Assembly (NCBI GenBank): GCA_965203785.1
Contig: OZ241911.1
Location: 548,109 to 612,108 of the forward strand
Direction: 5' to 3'
Source of the DNA: Bdellovibrionales bacterium
Lineage (GTDB): Bacteria > Bdellovibrionota > Bdellovibrionia > Bdellovibrionales > UBA1609
Length of the DNA: 64,000 bases
How positions within the stretch are numbered: the first letter of the stretch is position 1; each line of letters starts with the position of its first letter. A program made the position numbers and the translations under genes. This document shows, in pieces, positions 47,151 through 57,180 of this stretch. Under the pieces are notes generated by a model. It was not told where the DNA came from, made no database searches, and was given only the letters and a program-made list of their open reading frames with translations.

Positions 47151-48062
47151 ATGGTTAATAATCGAAAAGCGACAAATAGAGGAGTATTGACGATTGGTAA
47201 TTTTGATGGTGTTCATATTGGGCATCAGCATATTATCCGTTCTGTTCTTCAATTAGCTCAGCAGAAAAAAACTCATTCTATTCTCTACACTTTTAATCCT
47301 CATCCGGTTACTGTTTTAAAGCCTCAAAAAAAACTGAAGCGATTGTGCAGTTTAGATCACACCTTATTACTATTAAAACAGATGGGCTTAGATCGTATTA
47401 TTATCAAGCGATTTACTAAAAGTTTTTCTACACACTCTCCGTTAAATTTTATTAAAAATTATATTGCTCCTCTTCATCCTTCTGTGATTGTAGTAGGAGA
47501 GAATTTTCGTTTTGGTGCAGATCACAAAGGGTCAGTTCAAACTCTTTATGATGTGAGTGGTTTGTATCGTTTTGAAGTTCAAATTGTGCCTCCTTTAAAA
47601 AAAACTCATCATGTGGTTTCTAGCTCTTTGATTAGACAATTAGTAGTGAGCGGAAAGTGGGATTTAGTGAATCGTCTGTTAGGGCGACCTTTTTCTATCA
47701 GAGCTTTAGTTGTTAAAGGGACTGGTCGGGGAAAGAACTTAGGCTTTCCCACTATCAATTTGAAGCCAGACGAAGATGTAATAAAGCCCATTCGAGGAGT
47801 ATACGGTGGACGAGTAAAAATAAAAGATAGAATACAACCGGCTATAGTCAATATTGGTGTGTGTCCCACTTTTTTGTCCAAATCTACTCAATTAAGCAAC
47901 CAAAAGCTCAAAATAGAAGTTCATTTGATTGGTATTTGTTATCAATGGACATCTCCCTATTGTGAGGTGGAAATTTTAAAATACATTCGACCAGAAAAAA
48001 AATGGACAAATCCTGCAGAGTTAGTTCGTCAAATTAAAACAGATATCCGACAGATGAGTTAA
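47151..48062 (+). CDS. ribF: Bifunctional riboflavin kinase/FAD synthetase
   Basis: GNFDGVHIGH, VGENFRFG, VSSSLIR, GRGKNLGFPTIN, IRPEKK. Confidence 0.95.
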   Translation: MVNNRKATNRGVLTIGNFDGVHIGHQHIIRSVLQLAQQKKTHSILYTFNPHPVTVLKPQKKLKRLCSLDHTLLLLKQMGLDRIIIKRFTKSFSTHSPLNFIKNYIAPLHPSVIVVGENFRFGADHKGSVQTLYDVSGLYRFEVQIVPPLKKTHHVVSSSLIRQLVVSGKWDLVNRLLGRPFSIRALVVKGTGRGKNLGFPTINLKPDEDVIKPIRGVYGGRVKIKDRIQPAIVNIGVCPTFLSKSTQLSNQKLKIEVHLIGICYQWTSPYCEVEILKYIRPEKKWTNPAELVRQIKTDIRQMS

Positions 48063-48172
48063 AATCTGCTCTTCTGTCTAAAAGGCGAGGTTTCTTTGAA
48101 AATGTCATCTAAAAAAGTTATTCAGATTTTTAATCGAGTAACCGATAAGCACAATTAACAAGAGGACAACTC

Positions 48173-49978
48173 ATGAAATTAAAAAAGAAAATAAAGCAAA
48201 CAACAGATCCTGTAGTTGTGTTGAAGGGTGTTCATTCATCTTCTGTTGCTACCCCTTCTACTACTGAAAAAATAAAATCAGGTAGCCTTAAAATTCGATC
48301 GACCGAGCTAATTAAAAAAACTAATGATTTGCTTCAAATTAAAAAAATGCATGGTGTTCAGAGGCAAAAATATTTGAGAAATCTTGTCAAATGTGGTTGG
48401 TCCGAAGCTGAAATTACAAAAAACTTAGCAGACCAATATAATCTACAAAAAATAGATATTTCCAGTTTTACAATTAATCCTGAAATTGCCAAAATGATTC
48501 CTAAAAGAATATGCGAAAAATTTGGCATAATACCTATGTTGAAAATAGAAGATACTGTAGTGGTTGCCTTCTGTGATCCGGGAGACATTTCTGCTAAAGA
48601 AGTGGTTTCGTTAGGGATTAGATTCAAAACTCAAATAGTAGTGGCAGAACGAAGTCAAATTAAAAAAGCTATTAATCAACTACATGATGAAGAAGATTCA
48701 GAAAATTCAGATGTAGAAGGAATGGAAGATTTTAATATTGATTCATCTTCAGATAATGAGAAAGAGTCTCTCAATATTGTCGATTTATCAGCTATTCACA
48801 GTGAGCCAGTTACAAATGCTGTAAATAAGATTATTATTAGAGCTATTCGTTGTGGAGCTTCTGATATTCACATAGAAATATATGAGAAATTTTTTCGTAT
48901 TCGGTTTCGTTTAGATGGTTGCTTGTCAGAACAAGGTAAAATGTCTATGCATTTAGCCCCTTTTATTGTGAATCGAATCAAAATATTGGCAAAAATGGAT
49001 ATTAGTGAAAGACGCCTACCTCAAGATGGACGCATGAAAGTGCAGATCAATAATCGAGTGGTGGATTTAAGGGTGAGTTCTGTTCCGGTTGTTCATGGAG
49101 AAAAAGTTGTATTGAGAATACTGAATTCTGAAATGAGTGGAGAAGGTGTTGACAAATTAGGAATGCTAAAAAAACAAGAAGTTTTGTTCAAAAAATATCT
49201 CCATTTAAGTCAAGGTTTAATTCTGATGACAGGACCTACTGGTTCTGGGAAAACAACCACCATCTACAGTGGTCTTAGTACACTCAATAAGTCAGATAAA
49301 AATATTTCGACAGTCGAAGATCCTGTGGAATATAAAGTACAAGGGGTTAATCAAGTTCAAGTGCATGCAAAAATTGGGTTAACTTTTTCTAGTGTTTTAA
49401 GAACTTTTTTGCGTCAAGATCCAGATGTGATTTTAGTTGGTGAGATTAGAGATTTGGATACAGCAAAAATTTCTTATCGAGCAGCTGCTACGGGGCATTT
49501 GGTGTTAAGCACCTTACATACAAACGATACGATTTCTACCGTGACACGATTAATTGATATTGGCTTGCCATCTTATGTAGTGGCTGAAAATACTTCCTTA
49601 GTTGTTGCACAGAGATTGATTCGTCTTCTATGTGAACACTGTAAAGAACCCTATAGAGTTTCAGAACAAGATCTCATTCAGCTCGGAATATCTCCAGACG
49701 AAGCACCAAAAGCAGTTCCAAAAATTATGGATAAGGGAACGGGGTGTTCTCATTGTAATAACATGGGTTTTAAAGGCAGAAAAGCGGTGTTTGAAGTTAT
49801 GGAAATGAGTAGATCTCTTAAGGATGGTATTATCAGAAACCAATCTCTAAAAGAGTTAAAAAATATAGCTGTTAAAAAAAATAATATGATTACTCTCAGG
49901 CAAAGTGCTTTGCACAGCTTGCAAGCTGGTCAGACTTCTATTTCTGAAGTACTCTACGGAACCACACAGGATTATTAA
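48173..49978 (+). CDS. pilB: Type IV pilus assembly ATPase PilB
   Basis: ASDIHIE, RRLPQDG, GPTGSGKTTT, LRQDPDVILVGEIRD, TGHLVLSTLHTND, CxxC...CxxC. Confidence 0.93.
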   Translation: MKLKKKIKQTTDPVVVLKGVHSSSVATPSTTEKIKSGSLKIRSTELIKKTNDLLQIKKMHGVQRQKYLRNLVKCGWSEAEITKNLADQYNLQKIDISSFTINPEIAKMIPKRICEKFGIIPMLKIEDTVVVAFCDPGDISAKEVVSLGIRFKTQIVVAERSQIKKAINQLHDEEDSENSDVEGMEDFNIDSSSDNEKESLNIVDLSAIHSEPVTNAVNKIIIRAIRCGASDIHIEIYEKFFRIRFRLDGCLSEQGKMSMHLAPFIVNRIKILAKMDISERRLPQDGRMKVQINNRVVDLRVSSVPVVHGEKVVLRILNSEMSGEGVDKLGMLKKQEVLFKKYLHLSQGLILMTGPTGSGKTTTIYSGLSTLNKSDKNISTVEDPVEYKVQGVNQVQVHAKIGLTFSSVLRTFLRQDPDVILVGEIRDLDTAKISYRAAATGHLVLSTLHTNDTISTVTRLIDIGLPSYVVAENTSLVVAQRLIRLLCEHCKEPYRVSEQDLIQLGISPDEAPKAVPKIMDKGTGCSHCNNMGFKGRKAVFEVMEMSRSLKDGIIRNQSLKELKNIAVKKNNMITLRQSALHSLQAGQTSISEVLYGTTQDY

Positions 49979-49980
49979 TA

Positions 49981-51063
49981 ATGATATCAATGGTACAAAT
50001 TTTAAAAGCAGCTACTCGAGAAAAAGCTTCCGATATTCATATTACTCCTAAAGTTCCTCCGGTTTTGAGAGTAGGAGGGCAATTAGTTAAATTGGATGTA
50101 GAACCTTTAAATTATAAACAGTGTAAAGAACTTTGTTATTCCGTTATTACAGATGAGCAAAAAGGGATTTTTGAAGCTCAGAAAGATTTGGATTTTAGTT
50201 TTGCTATTGGTCAGTCTAGCCGTTTTCGTGGACATTTGTTTTACCAACAGCAGTCAGTTGCAGGAGTGTTTCGTCAAATACCTGTAGAAATTCCGGATAT
50301 TCAAAAAATTGGGTTACCTCCTATTGTTATGGAGTTAGTAAAAAAACCTTACGGATTGATATTAGTTGCTGGTTCTACTGGGTCGGGTAAATCCACAACA
50401 TTGGCAGCTGTTATTAATCAAATTAACAAAACCAGAAAATGTCATATTGTGACCATGGAAGACCCTATTGAATTTATTTATTATCCAGATAAATCTATTA
50501 TTAATCAAAGAGAAATCGGAAAAGATGTTACAGATTTTAATGAATCCATGAAATCAGTTTTGCGTATGGATCCAGATGTTTGTCTACTTGGTGAGATGAG
50601 AGATCAAAACACTATTTCGACAGCTCTTAAAGTAGCAGAAACTGGGCATTTAACCTTTGGAACAGTTCATACTAACACGGCTTATCAAGGAATTGAACGA
50701 CTCACCAGTGTATTTAGTGGAGTGGAGCGAATGTTAGTGCAAAATCAATTGAGTATGGTTTTACAAGGGATTATCTGTCAAAAATTGTTACCAACTGTGA
50801 ATCGAAATGCTCGAGTTCCAGCTGTAGAAATTTTATTATTTCCTCAGTCAGTTAGACATTTGATTAAAGAAGGGCAACTCAATCAAATTTATTCGATTAT
50901 GCAAACTCATAAATCTATAGGTATGCTGACTATGAATCAATCTTTATGTAATCTTTTTGTAAAAGGATTAATTAGTGAAGACACTGCATATATGGCGAGT
51001 GGTGATACAAAAGAGCTGGAAAATTTAATTCACAGAGCTGGTGGGAAGATAAAAAGTGCCTAA
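49981..51063 (+). CDS. pilT: Type IV pilus retraction ATPase PilT
   Basis: ASDIHI, GSTGSGKSTT, EDPIE, QREIG, GEMRD, AETGHL, SVRHLIKE (AIRNLIRE-like). Confidence 0.93.
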   Translation: MISMVQILKAATREKASDIHITPKVPPVLRVGGQLVKLDVEPLNYKQCKELCYSVITDEQKGIFEAQKDLDFSFAIGQSSRFRGHLFYQQQSVAGVFRQIPVEIPDIQKIGLPPIVMELVKKPYGLILVAGSTGSGKSTTLAAVINQINKTRKCHIVTMEDPIEFIYYPDKSIINQREIGKDVTDFNESMKSVLRMDPDVCLLGEMRDQNTISTALKVAETGHLTFGTVHTNTAYQGIERLTSVFSGVERMLVQNQLSMVLQGIICQKLLPTVNRNARVPAVEILLFPQSVRHLIKEGQLNQIYSIMQTHKSIGMLTMNQSLCNLFVKGLISEDTAYMASGDTKELENLIHRAGGKIKSA

Positions 51064-51085
51064 TGGGTATTTTAAATAAAGGTTA

Positions 51086-52300
51086 TTGAATATGTATATT
51101 TTTACTTTTAAAGCACAAAGAACAGATGGTTCAATTGTTAAAGGGCAACTCAAAGCTAAAGATCAAAATCAAGCGATTCATTTGTTAAAAGTTAAACAAT
51201 TGCAACCTATTATAATTAGAAAAAAAACCAATGCTTTGCGTTCCACATTTGGTAGTGGGTCGGTGGCACAAAAAGATTTGGTTGTGTTTTCTAGGCAATT
51301 GGCTTTTTTAGTTTCTTCTGGGGTTCCCATTATGCAATCTCTTCAAACCATTCAACCTATGACTCAGTCAGTAATTTTAAAAAATGTATTAAGCCAGATG
51401 ATTAAAGATATTGATTCGGGGAAAAACCTATCAGAAGCGATTGCCGAACATCCCATTATATTTAATAATTTGGTTTTTTCTTTAGTGCAAGCCGGAGAAG
51501 TAAGTGGTCAGCTGAGCTTGTTGCTTACACAATTGGCAGATGATTTAGAAAGTAGTGATAAAATTAAAAACAAAGTAAAAAAAGCTCTCTATTATCCTAT
51601 TTTTGTATTGGTTGTTGGGGTAGGTATCGTAATTGGTTTAATGACATTTGTTGTGCCGAGGTTTGCAAGTATTTTTGAAAGCTCAGGCAGTGATCTTCCG
51701 TATGTTACAAAAATTCTTATGTCAATTAGTGACTTTTTTGTTAATAATATCTTTTTTGTGATATTTATTGTCATTTTTATCCCCATTGCTTTGTTTGCTT
51801 ATTTAGCGTCTCCTATTGGTCGAAAATTACGAGATCAGTTATTTTGGTTTTTACCAATTGTAGGACCTTTGGTGAGAAAAAACTGTTTCTCTCGTTTTAC
51901 AAAAACATTGGCTTGTTTAATGAGAGCTGGAGTCAATGTAGTAGAAGCTTTAAATAATTCAGCCATTGCTTCTAATAATTATTTGATAGAGCAAGCTATC
52001 TCTCATGCAGTGATTCGTGTCGAAAAGGGAAAAACAATCTCTGAATCATTAAAGAAAGAACGACTGTTTCCCGATCTAATACCTCGTATGATCTCTATTG
52101 GAGAAGAAACAGGGAAGGTGGATGCGACTTTGCAAAAAGTATCTGAGTTTTATGAGGAACAAGTGAAAACAGCTTCAGCAACTATTTCAGATATGATTCA
52201 GCCTGTTTTTATTGTTGCATTGGGTGGATTAGTGGCTTTTGTGGTGATTGCTATGTATTTACCTATGTTCAAAATGGCTGGTGTGGTTGGAGGTATGTGA
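51086..52300 (+). CDS. pilC: Type IV pilus platform protein PilC
   Basis: FSRQLAFLVSSGVP, AGEVSG, ALYYP, IGEETG, AMYLPMF. Confidence 0.93.
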   Translation: MNMYIFTFKAQRTDGSIVKGQLKAKDQNQAIHLLKVKQLQPIIIRKKTNALRSTFGSGSVAQKDLVVFSRQLAFLVSSGVPIMQSLQTIQPMTQSVILKNVLSQMIKDIDSGKNLSEAIAEHPIIFNNLVFSLVQAGEVSGQLSLLLTQLADDLESSDKIKNKVKKALYYPIFVLVVGVGIVIGLMTFVVPRFASIFESSGSDLPYVTKILMSISDFFVNNIFFVIFIVIFIPIALFAYLASPIGRKLRDQLFWFLPIVGPLVRKNCFSRFTKTLACLMRAGVNVVEALNNSAIASNNYLIEQAISHAVIRVEKGKTISESLKKERLFPDLIPRMISIGEETGKVDATLQKVSEFYEEQVKTASATISDMIQPVFIVALGGLVAFVVIAMYLPMFKMAGVVGGM

Positions 52301-54087
52301 TGATAAATGGAGTGAAAACTTTAAAAAAAAACGAGCTGATGGCTTCTGTTCAGAATGTGCCATCTGTCCATTGGTTTTTTATTGTTCAATGTTTACATTC
52401 TGCTGTTCATGGGTTGTTGCTCTTAGGGTTTGTATTTTATCAATTTGCTCAACCTTTATTTCTTAATTCGGATATATGGGTATTTGCATATCTTTGTTTG
52501 TTTGTTTCTTTGTCTGTTGATTTTGTGTATTTTTACTTTTACGACAAAATCAAAAGTAAAATTTTTCTATGTGGGTTATTTTTATTATTTGATGCCCTTT
52601 GGATGACTTGGTGTTTGAGTGCTATTTTACCAGCTTTATATTCTGTTTTAGTATTTGTTTATTTATTAGAAATTGCCAGTGCTGGTTTAATCGGTGGATA
52701 CAGGTGGGCTTTTACACAAGGTTTATGGGTGTCTCTTTTGTTTTCGTGGGTTTTGATATTAAACCCTTTAAAATTGGATCAGCCGATTATTTTATCGTTT
52801 ATTTTAAACAATATTGCTTTTTTAGCTACAGCTGGATTAAGTGGATTTTTTGGAAGTCAAACAGAAAAATGGAACTGGTCTTTGTGGACTGCCAATCAGA
52901 CTGTGCAGAATTTATCTCATCTCAACGAGCGGATTGTAGAAAATATTGACATGGGTCTTTTGATTCTGAACGAACAACTCCGTGTGGTCCACCACAATGC
53001 AGCCGCACAGAATTTATTAAAGTTGCCAGACTCTTTTTCTGATTCGGTGCAAACATTGTTTCCGGCTTTACAAAAGCATATTACATCTGGTCAATCCCAA
53101 AAAATTAATCATCTAAAAACAGAGTACAATAGAGATAGCGATAAAAAAGTTATAGAAATGTTTATTTCTCCATTTAAAGATATGCATTGGGGAATTTATG
53201 GGGAAAGGTTAGTGGATACTGCGTCTGAGAGCAAAAAATATCTCATTTTGTTTCAAGATTGCACTTATACACGCAATTTAGAAAGAAAAGTTAGAGATCA
53301 AGAAAAACTCACTGTCATTGGGAGAATGTCAGCTGGTATTGCTCACGAAATCAGAAACCCTCTGTCTGCTATTAGTGGTAGCATTCAACTGTTGGATCTG
53401 AAAAATAAAAGCAGTTTGGAAAATAAAAAACTGGTAGATAATTCTTTAAAAGAAATTAGCCGACTCAATAGAATTATTGGAGATTTTTTAGATTATGCCA
53501 GTGACGAAAAATCTATTACACACAATTATAAAATAGATACCTTATCAGTCAATACTGTTTTAGAAGAACTGTTAGATCATATACAGGTTAATCCTCGTTG
53601 GACACATGTCAATCATCATTTTACTTTAAAGGCACATGGTTTAATTCAGATTTCTTCCGATCGGTTAAAACAAATTTTTTTAAATGTAATAAAAAATGCT
53701 TGTGAAGCCATGGAAGGGAGGCAAGAAGGTCAGTTAGAAATAGAAAGTTTTGATGATCATGAATGGGTAGTTGTGCGAGTAAAAGATAATGGTATAGGTA
53801 TTAGTAAAAAAGATTTTCCTCATATTTTTGAGCCGTTTTATTCTAAAAAATCTGGCAACTTAAGAGGGACTGGATTGGGACTTCCTATTGTTCATAAATT
53901 GATAAATGCTTTTGGAGGTCATATTTCATTCGAAAATCGAGTTGTGGATTCTAACAATCTGGGTTTGCAAGAAACACTCCTGTCTTCAAAAGATGGTTTA
54001 AAAGAAACAGGCACTATTTGTACTCTGCGGTTTCCAATTGCACCGACTCCTGTTCCGGGAGAAATGGCAAAAAGTAAAATTGCTTGA
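52297..54087 (+). CDS. pilS: Membrane sensor histidine kinase, PilS-like
   Basis: Multiple TM helices, PAS-like region, AHEIRNPL H-box, NACEAM, DNGIG, FEPFYS, GTGLGL. Confidence 0.85.
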   Translation: MMINGVKTLKKNELMASVQNVPSVHWFFIVQCLHSAVHGLLLLGFVFYQFAQPLFLNSDIWVFAYLCLFVSLSVDFVYFYFYDKIKSKIFLCGLFLLFDALWMTWCLSAILPALYSVLVFVYLLEIASAGLIGGYRWAFTQGLWVSLLFSWVLILNPLKLDQPIILSFILNNIAFLATAGLSGFFGSQTEKWNWSLWTANQTVQNLSHLNERIVENIDMGLLILNEQLRVVHHNAAAQNLLKLPDSFSDSVQTLFPALQKHITSGQSQKINHLKTEYNRDSDKKVIEMFISPFKDMHWGIYGERLVDTASESKKYLILFQDCTYTRNLERKVRDQEKLTVIGRMSAGIAHEIRNPLSAISGSIQLLDLKNKSSLENKKLVDNSLKEISRLNRIIGDFLDYASDEKSITHNYKIDTLSVNTVLEELLDHIQVNPRWTHVNHHFTLKAHGLIQISSDRLKQIFLNVIKNACEAMEGRQEGQLEIESFDDHEWVVVRVKDNGIGISKKDFPHIFEPFYSKKSGNLRGTGLGLPIVHKLINAFGGHISFENRVVDSNNLGLQETLLSSKDGLKETGTICTLRFPIAPTPVPGEMAKSKIA

Positions 54088-55553
54088 GGTTAAACATTGT
54101 GAATAAAACTATTCTTGTTGTGGATGATGAACAATCCATTTGCGATTTTTTTCATATTTTGTTTAGAAAATTATCTTCCGAATCTTCTATTTTTTTTGAA
54201 GTTCGGTCAGAAAAAAATGGAAAAAAGGCTTTGGAGTTATTAAATAATAAATCATTTGATATGGTGATTTGCGACTTAAAGTTACCAGATATATCGGGTT
54301 TAGAGTTATTAAAACAAGCAAAAGTAATTGCACCACTTAGTATTTTTTTAATAGTCACTTCTTTTGATAGCTCCAAATCGGCTGTGCAAGCTATCAAAAT
54401 GGGAGCTTTTGATTATATCCTCAAACCTTTTAATGTGGATAATATGAAACAAATTATTTTATCTGCTTTCAGTACGAAAGATAAAAAACCAACTCATTGT
54501 TCGCATTCAAAAACTCTCAAAGAGCCTATAAAAACTGTGCAGATGATTGGTGCATCTTCTGCTATTCAAAAACTTCATCAAGATATTAAACAAATTTCTG
54601 ATTCTATAGTGAATGTTTTAATTACTGGGGAAAGCGGAACAGGTAAAGAAGTAGTTGCTCGCTTAATTCATCACAAGAGTACTTTAAAACAAAAGCCATT
54701 TATAGCAGTTAACTGTGGTGCCATTTCTGAAAACTTAATTGAGTCCGAATTATTTGGTCATGTGAAAGGGGCTTTTACAGGAGCTATTTGTGATAAGAAA
54801 GGTTTTTTTGAAATGGCTGATACGGGTACATTATTTTTAGATGAAATTGGAGAACTTTCTTTGTCTATGCAACCTAAATTACTGAGAGCTTTGCAAGAAA
54901 AGATCATTCGTAGAGTAGGAGCTACAGAAAGCCAAAAGGTGGACATTCGCCTCATTACAGCTACTAACAGAAATTTAGAAGATATGGTGCAAGAAGGTTC
55001 ATTTAGAGAAGATCTTTTTTATCGGTTGAATGTTATACACTTTCACCTGCCAGCTTTGCGAGAAAGAAGAGAAGATATTCCGTTGTTATTAGATTATTTT
55101 TTAAAAAAACATTGCCAAAAATTAGGTCGCCCAAAACCCTTACTGTCTCAATCCATTTTGCAAATGTTTCAACGATTTAATTATCCGGGCAATGTGCGAG
55201 AATTAGAAAATATGGTGGAAAGAATTATGGTTTTAGGGGATCAAAAAATTGATCATTCCACAGCCATTTTATCTTTTTTACAAGATAAAAAATGGGATAT
55301 CTGTCCATCAGAAGAAACTAAAAATTCTGAAGCTTCCCCTGTATGGGATATTGCTCTTCCCAAAGAGGGAACTAATATAGAGCAAGCTCTCAACCAAATA
55401 GAAAAATGCCTATTAGAACAAGCTTTAGAGAAAACAAAAGGGCATAGAATAAAAGCTGCTCAGTTGTTACATCTGTCCCCACGAGCTTTCCGTCATCGAT
55501 TGAGCAAGCTTAAAGTGTTTTCTTCACCACTTGCTTCAAAAACCCAGAGTTAA
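54084..55553 (+). CDS. pilR: Sigma54-dependent response regulator, PilR-like
   Basis: Receiver (VVDDE, CDLKLP, KPF), GESGTGKE, ESELFGHVKGAFTGA, FREDLFYRL, PGNVREL, Fis-type HTH. Confidence 0.88.
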   Translation: MRLNIVNKTILVVDDEQSICDFFHILFRKLSSESSIFFEVRSEKNGKKALELLNNKSFDMVICDLKLPDISGLELLKQAKVIAPLSIFLIVTSFDSSKSAVQAIKMGAFDYILKPFNVDNMKQIILSAFSTKDKKPTHCSHSKTLKEPIKTVQMIGASSAIQKLHQDIKQISDSIVNVLITGESGTGKEVVARLIHHKSTLKQKPFIAVNCGAISENLIESELFGHVKGAFTGAICDKKGFFEMADTGTLFLDEIGELSLSMQPKLLRALQEKIIRRVGATESQKVDIRLITATNRNLEDMVQEGSFREDLFYRLNVIHFHLPALRERREDIPLLLDYFLKKHCQKLGRPKPLLSQSILQMFQRFNYPGNVRELENMVERIMVLGDQKIDHSTAILSFLQDKKWDICPSEETKNSEASPVWDIALPKEGTNIEQALNQIEKCLLEQALEKTKGHRIKAAQLLHLSPRAFRHRLSKLKVFSSPLASKTQS

Positions 55554-55560
55554 AAATATC

Positions 55561-56124
55561 TTAAGAAAGACATTTATTTTTAAAATCTGTAGTGTAATGA
55601 AAAGCCGTTATAATACTTAACACGACACATATCCATAACAAAATTGCTCCAAATATATTTAAATAAGCAGATAGAGGAGTACTCATTATCAAACATAATA
55701 TCCCGATTATTTCTAAAGCTGTTTTCCACTTGGCTAAAGGTTTAGCATAGAGGATGATTTGTTTTTCGGCAGCTAGAGCTCTAAGGCTTGTGACATAAAT
55801 ATCTCTAACGGTCAGTATAATGACCAAAATGGGAAACACTTCTTGCTGATAACATAACCAAATGAGTGTAGATAAAGTAAGAATTTTATCTGCCATGGGG
55901 TCTAAAAAAGCTCCTGCTATGGTTTGAGCTTTCCATTTGCGAGATAAATGCCCATCTATCATATCGGTTAATCCGGCTATTAACCATAAACTTCCAGCTC
56001 CCCAATAAGACCATGTTGTGCCAATGGCCAATAAAATCAAGATTGGCAGTGTAAGCAAAATACGAAAAATAGTTATATAATTAGGGATATTTTTTTTATT
56101 CATCTTTAAATTAATGTTTAACAT
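55561..56124 (-). CDS. pgsA: CDP-diacylglycerol--glycerol-3-phosphate 3-phosphatidyltransferase
   Basis: NIPNYITIFRI, TDMIDGHLSR...GAFLDPMADK, KWKT. Confidence 0.92.
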   Translation of the reverse strand: MLNINLKMNKKNIPNYITIFRILLTLPILILLAIGTTWSYWGAGSLWLIAGLTDMIDGHLSRKWKAQTIAGAFLDPMADKILTLSTLIWLCYQQEVFPILVIILTVRDIYVTSLRALAAEKQIILYAKPLAKWKTALEIIGILCLIMSTPLSAYLNIFGAILLWICVVLSIITAFHYTTDFKNKCLS

Positions 56125-56231
56125 ATCATGTTTAACATAAAAAAGCTTGTTTCAAATACCCATTTATTGTGCAATACAAGAAAAAATAATAAGATCTACA
56201 CAGGTATCAATATGGAGTTAACGGATATTTT

Positions 56232-57170
56232 ATGGAATTAACAGATATTTTGCAACTCACACAAAAGGCAGCTTTAGCTTGTGTTCCTTATATTGGTTCG
56301 GGAGATCGTAAACTCTGTGACCAAGTAGCTGTAGAGGCGATGAGAGAAGTATTTCGCAATTTACCAATTAAGGGAACAATCGTCATTGGAGAAGGTGAAA
56401 GAGATCAGGCTCCCATGCTTTACATTGGAGAGAAAGTGGGAAGTTGGGGGGAGAGTTACTTTCAATGGGATATTGCCGTAGATCCTTTAGAAGGCACTAA
56501 CTTATGTGCTAAGGCTCAAGGAGGTGCTTTATCTGTATTAGCCCTGTCCCCACAGGGAGGGATATTTAAAGCTCCTGACATCTATATGGAAAAAATTGCA
56601 GGAGGTCCTGCGCTCAAAGGAGTTATTGATTTAAAAAAATCGGTTGAAGAAAATATCCGGCAAAGTGCTTCAGCATTGGGTAAGAAAGTTACAGATATTG
56701 TTGTAGCGATTCTCAATCGACCTCGTCATGCCAAACTCATCCAATCGGTTTATGCTTTAAAAGCTAAAGTGTATTTAATCGATGACGGCGATTTATCGGC
56801 ATCGATTCAAACTTGCTTGCCAGAACAATCAGTAGATTTGATGATAGGAAGCGGAGGCTCTCCAGAAGGAGTATTGTCAGCTTCTGCTTTAAAATGCCTG
56901 GGGGGAGAGTTTCAAGCTCGTTTAATTTTTAATAATTTGGAACAAAAAAAAAGAGCATTCCAGATGGGTGTCACTCAACCCGATCAAATCTATTCTATTG
57001 ACGATTTAATCCATAAGCCTGTTATATTTTGTGCAACAGGTATTACGACAGGTCGGTTACTTAAAGGGGTTAGCAAAAAAAACGGATACTTAGAAACAGA
57101 AAGTTTTTATATGGATTCTCAAAAAAATACTTACTTTAAAATTCATTCTCATGTAAAGGAGTCCTTGTAA
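56232..57170 (+). CDS. glpX: Class II fructose-1,6-bisphosphatase
   Basis: VIGEGERDQAPMLYIGE, DIAVDPLEGT, APDIYMEK, RPRH, GGSPEGVL, ATGIT. Confidence 0.95.
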   Translation: MELTDILQLTQKAALACVPYIGSGDRKLCDQVAVEAMREVFRNLPIKGTIVIGEGERDQAPMLYIGEKVGSWGESYFQWDIAVDPLEGTNLCAKAQGGALSVLALSPQGGIFKAPDIYMEKIAGGPALKGVIDLKKSVEENIRQSASALGKKVTDIVVAILNRPRHAKLIQSVYALKAKVYLIDDGDLSASIQTCLPEQSVDLMIGSGGSPEGVLSASALKCLGGEFQARLIFNNLEQKKRAFQMGVTQPDQIYSIDDLIHKPVIFCATGITTGRLLKGVSKKNGYLETESFYMDSQKNTYFKIHSHVKESL

Positions 57171-57180
57171 AGGAACACCC

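Noticed and set aside
48173-55553. pilBTC-pilSR cluster as a novel system
   Set aside because: Well-known conserved arrangement in Myxococcus, Geobacter and Bdellovibrio; the pilin gene is simply not in this window
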